Virus record (IMG/VR): IMGVR_UViG_3300020165_000001 | Reading direction: 5' to 3' (one strand) | Origin: an uncultured virus (IMG/VR IMGVR_UViG_3300020165_000001) | Lineage: Duplodnaviria; Heunggongvirae; Uroviricota; Caudoviricetes | Length of the DNA stretch: 20,000 nucleotides | Shown here: piece after piece, positions 16,904 through 20,000 of the stretch | Layout of the letters: each line of letters opens with the position of its first letter | Numbering within the stretch: position 1 is the first letter of the stretch | The notes under the pieces: model-generated | What the model was told of the DNA's origin: nothing | The model's database searches: none | What the model saw: the letters and a program-made list of their open reading frames with translations, nothing else | Position numbers and translations under genes: made by a program

Positions 16904-19707
16904 TGGCGACGACAATACAACAAATAGAATTACCGAAAAAAGCTAGGGCAGTAGATACCTCTGGAAACAACAATCACGGGCAAATATATTCTGGTCGAGC
17001 GTTAGAATTTGATGGGGTTAGTGATTATTTAAACACAGGTGAAGTATTTCAATCTACATTTAGAGATTCGTTTTCAATATCTTTTTGGGTAAAACCAGAT
17101 GATGGGCAGCCAGCAGCATATATAAGTGTACTAGGAGCAAGAGATGCTACTGGTGATGATTCAAGAGTATATTTTAATATCCAAACTACTGGAAAAATAT
17201 CGTTTTATTACGAAGTTGAAGGTACAGTTATTAATGCAGAAACAAATTTAGCTGTATTTAATAATGGGGCTAATTCATGGCATCGTGTCGTTGGAGTTGT
17301 TAATAATACAACTAATCAAATGCATGTTTATGTAAATGGGGTAGATCAAACTTTAGATGGAACTAATGATGGGGATATAGGTAGTACAGATCTTAGTACT
17401 TACACTTCAGTTAGACCTTTGTTTATAGGAGGCGCAAGTAATGATGGACTTCTTGCCAATATTTATGCAGGATTAATATCTGATGTCCAAATATGGAATA
17501 CAGTACTGTCTGCAGATGACGTAACCTACGATTACTTAAATCCTGAATCCCTTGCTTTAAATGCTAGTGGTACATCCCTTACAGAATCCAACCTTAAATT
17601 ATGGTACCCAATGCAAGATGGTCATAGAGGCCAACAATCATATATTTTAGATGGCGCTAATAGTGGGTTGGGAGTTGAGTTAGCTAACTTTGCAGACGGA
17701 AACATAACATTTAACAATAGCGGAGCTAGTGTAGCTTCTTCCAATAGCCTTAACTCGTATAACGCTGTAGGTGATGGGTCAACAAGTGATGCGAGACCAA
17801 GGGTTTCGTTTGCACTTACAACTGGCCAAACATATAAGATAGAGTACACCCCAACTTTAGTGTTAGATGGTGGTGTGCTTGATTTTTTTGTAGGTGGAAG
17901 TAGACTTATTGCTAACAACGACATAAATACATCTTTTACTAAAACTTTTACAAGCGCTGATGGTTATGAAGGGTTTGATTTTGACGGGTCACAAGCTTTT
18001 AACGTAGACTTTACTTTATCGATAAAAGCAATAAACGACAAACACCACGCGACGACTGTGTTTTATGGGGATGAGTTGGTTTTAGAAGGTGATTTCAGTA
18101 ACAGTGGCGCCGCATGGACCACTTATGGAAATATAACCGTGGCAGTCAACGGCGGAGCTTTTGTATCCACAGGAGACGCTGATGGTGGTTATGGGGCTTG
18201 CGTGCAAGCTGAAACTTTAATAGCGGGAAGAACTTATGAATTAAACTTTGACGTAACGGCTGTTACTGGTGGAGGAAGTGTTTATAATTATTGTGACAGT
18301 TTAACGAAAGACCTAGGGACAGCTTCTGTTACGGGTTTTACTGATACTTTCGTATCTGATGGAACGGGTGGGATTGATGTTAGAACCACTTGTTCCAATG
18401 GTCAAGCCGTAACTATAGATAACATATCCCTCAAAGAAGTCGGTGTAGCATCAGGCTGGACAGACGCAGATCAACAATTACATATACCGCAAACGGCTTT
18501 GCAATCGTATAATGAGTTGGCTTGGTTTGATGGGACTATAGCTAGTGATGGATACGTAGATTTAGACAGTGCAATTACTACAGATGGTAATAATTGGTCT
18601 TTATCTTTCTGGGTTTTTCATGACGACAATGGTCAAGCTTTTGATATTGTTTTTGGAGATGGCGCTAATCAATTTATAGCTTTAAGTAAGGACTCAGTTG
18701 ATAAGTTAATGTATAGAGATAGTAGTAATACCTACCACGCAATATCAGACGCAGCTATACCAGAGTCCGAGTGGGTTCATATAACTATTACAGCTATAGC
18801 CAACACAAGTATCACCGCTTACGTAAATGGAGTAGCGCAAGCGACTAATAGCACTATGACAAACACCACGTTACTTTTAGAGAGGTTCATGCGTGGTTAT
18901 TCTTCAGTTTTCCACCATACGTTTGGTACAATAAACGAAATATCATATTATAATGACGTTTTAACATCAGCTGAAGTGTTAGATCTATTTAACGATGGAA
19001 AAGCTAAATCAGCTTTAGAAGCAGATGGTAGCGCTGGTTTAGTTGGTTATTGGAGAAATAATGGTTTATCTGAATGGAAAGATTTAAAAGGTAGTAACGA
19101 TGGTAATACGACAGCTGGAGTTGTAGAAACAATTCTAATCCCACAAGGCGTAGATTCTACGCGAGATAATCAAGGATTTATAATGAATAAGCAGAAAGAT
19201 ACGAGTTGCTTGAATTTGACTAATGGTAGTGATAATCCGTATGTGGATTTAGGAAGTGAAACGGTTGTGGCTGCTGATGATGCTGTGAGTTTTTCCGTAT
19301 GGCTAAAACCTGATGATGTTGTGCAGAATTATTTCCTTGGGCACTCGTCCCAGAATTCTATAAAAATATACGATGCAACTACAATATTCTATAGAGCTGA
19401 TAATGCCCCTGTGAATTTCACAGTACAAACTATTATACCCGAACAATGGGTGCACGTAGTGTTGGTGAAAGCTGGTGGTGGCACTGATGAGATGTCTGTT
19501 TATGTAAACGGCGCTTTGAACGGAACCGCAAGCACTGATACAGAGACTTCAAACGAACCACTTGACTACCGATACTTAGGCGCAGAGAGAGATTGGACTA
19601 ATTCTTTCAGGGGTGCTGTAGATGGGTTTTTGATATATAACAAAGCTTTAGATGGAACTGAAATACTAAGAAATTATAACGCAACAAAAGGTAATCACAG
19701 AAATTAA
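16903..19707 (+). CDS. Multi-LamG protein, 934 aa (putative receptor-binding/fibre protein)
   Basis: Three LamG repeats: ALEFDGVSDY..FSISFWVK..WHRVVGV..YVNG..SDVQIWN; WSLSFWV..WVHI..YVNG..NEISYYN; SFSVWLK..WVHVV..YVNG..DGFLIYN. Two inserted modules lie between repeats 1 and 2. TAATG coupling with the upstream gene. Confidence 0.85.
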   Translation: MATTIQQIELPKKARAVDTSGNNNHGQIYSGRALEFDGVSDYLNTGEVFQSTFRDSFSISFWVKPDDGQPAAYISVLGARDATGDDSRVYFNIQTTGKISFYYEVEGTVINAETNLAVFNNGANSWHRVVGVVNNTTNQMHVYVNGVDQTLDGTNDGDIGSTDLSTYTSVRPLFIGGASNDGLLANIYAGLISDVQIWNTVLSADDVTYDYLNPESLALNASGTSLTESNLKLWYPMQDGHRGQQSYILDGANSGLGVELANFADGNITFNNSGASVASSNSLNSYNAVGDGSTSDARPRVSFALTTGQTYKIEYTPTLVLDGGVLDFFVGGSRLIANNDINTSFTKTFTSADGYEGFDFDGSQAFNVDFTLSIKAINDKHHATTVFYGDELVLEGDFSNSGAAWTTYGNITVAVNGGAFVSTGDADGGYGACVQAETLIAGRTYELNFDVTAVTGGGSVYNYCDSLTKDLGTASVTGFTDTFVSDGTGGIDVRTTCSNGQAVTIDNISLKEVGVASGWTDADQQLHIPQTALQSYNELAWFDGTIASDGYVDLDSAITTDGNNWSLSFWVFHDDNGQAFDIVFGDGANQFIALSKDSVDKLMYRDSSNTYHAISDAAIPESEWVHITITAIANTSITAYVNGVAQATNSTMTNTTLLLERFMRGYSSVFHHTFGTINEISYYNDVLTSAEVLDLFNDGKAKSALEADGSAGLVGYWRNNGLSEWKDLKGSNDGNTTAGVVETILIPQGVDSTRDNQGFIMNKQKDTSCLNLTNGSDNPYVDLGSETVVAADDAVSFSVWLKPDDVVQNYFLGHSSQNSIKIYDATTIFYRADNAPVNFTVQTIIPEQWVHVVLVKAGGGTDEMSVYVNGALNGTASTDTETSNEPLDYRYLGAERDWTNSFRGAVDGFLIYNKALDGTEILRNYNATKGNHRN

Positions 19708-19717
19708 AAAATAAAAA

Positions 19718-20000
19718 ATGGCACATTACGAATTATATGTATGTTTAACGAAAGCGGTTTACGAATCTGCGGTACCAAGTGTATTACAACCTAAACTTGG
19801 TTGGAATAACTATACGTATACAGAGGTAGAAAGAACAGGTACAAGAATGGTTAATAAATACGATTACTTTCCATCAGAGGATAATACTGTAGCTGAGATT
19901 AAAGCTTATATGGACGATGCGAGCGTAGATTACGCTTCAGGTGATACGAAAGCTGAATTACTTGAAAAGCTTTATGCGTCATCGCACGATACTCCACAAG
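19718..20000 (+). CDS. 3'-truncated protein with HeH/LEM/SAP-like motif (not in ORF track)
   Basis: ATG follows an A-rich leader and the frame is open to the window end: MAHYELYVCLTKAVYESAVPSVLQPKLGW...NTVAEIKAYMDDASVDYASGDTKAELLEKL... Confidence 0.75.
   Translation, partial: MAHYELYVCLTKAVYESAVPSVLQPKLGWNNYTYTEVERTGTRMVNKYDYFPSEDNTVAEIKAYMDDASVDYASGDTKAELLEKLYASSHDTPQ

Noticed and set aside
510..17924. Eight short minus-strand ORFs in the track (510-698, 1094-1294, 5034-5264, 5501-6004, 8660-8884, 9324-9548, 10778-11050, 16051-16272) and 17622-17924
   Set aside because: All lie antisense within long, well-supported + strand genes. Their F/S/L/I-rich composition is what the reverse complement of K/E-rich codons produces.
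1..20000. CRISPR array, tRNA/rRNA, intrinsic terminators, hairpin promoters, DGR template repeat
   Set aside because: Intergenic gaps are 28 nt or shorter. I saw no spaced direct repeats, GC stem plus U-tract, or near-identical repeat pair.

Overview
AT-rich, gene-dense, single-strand (+) segment of a tailed dsDNA bacteriophage genome, most likely a crAss-like/Crassvirales-related phage of a Bacteroidota (Flavobacteria-type) host. The left ~15 kb is a tightly coupled four-gene block of apparent ejected/internal virion proteins: a 5'-truncated ORF, a 672-aa protein, an unannotated 44-aa very basic peptide, and a 3814-aa giant. The giant combines a Gly/Ala-rich N-terminal region, a zincin HExxH metalloprotease motif, a single-chain two-barrel RNA polymerase (RVP...GADLDGD...ALDNAK) and an ejection-protein-like C-terminus. 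I found no cysteine in the ~4980 codons of this block. After a Bacteroidota-type -7 promoter element (TATATTTG), the right 5 kb encodes two tandem paralogous small beta-rich proteins, two LamG/concanavalin-A-like proteins with inserted repeat modules (probable receptor-binding/fibre proteins), and a 3'-truncated ORF with a HeH/LEM-like motif. All family calls come from motif recognition by eye; no database search was run.
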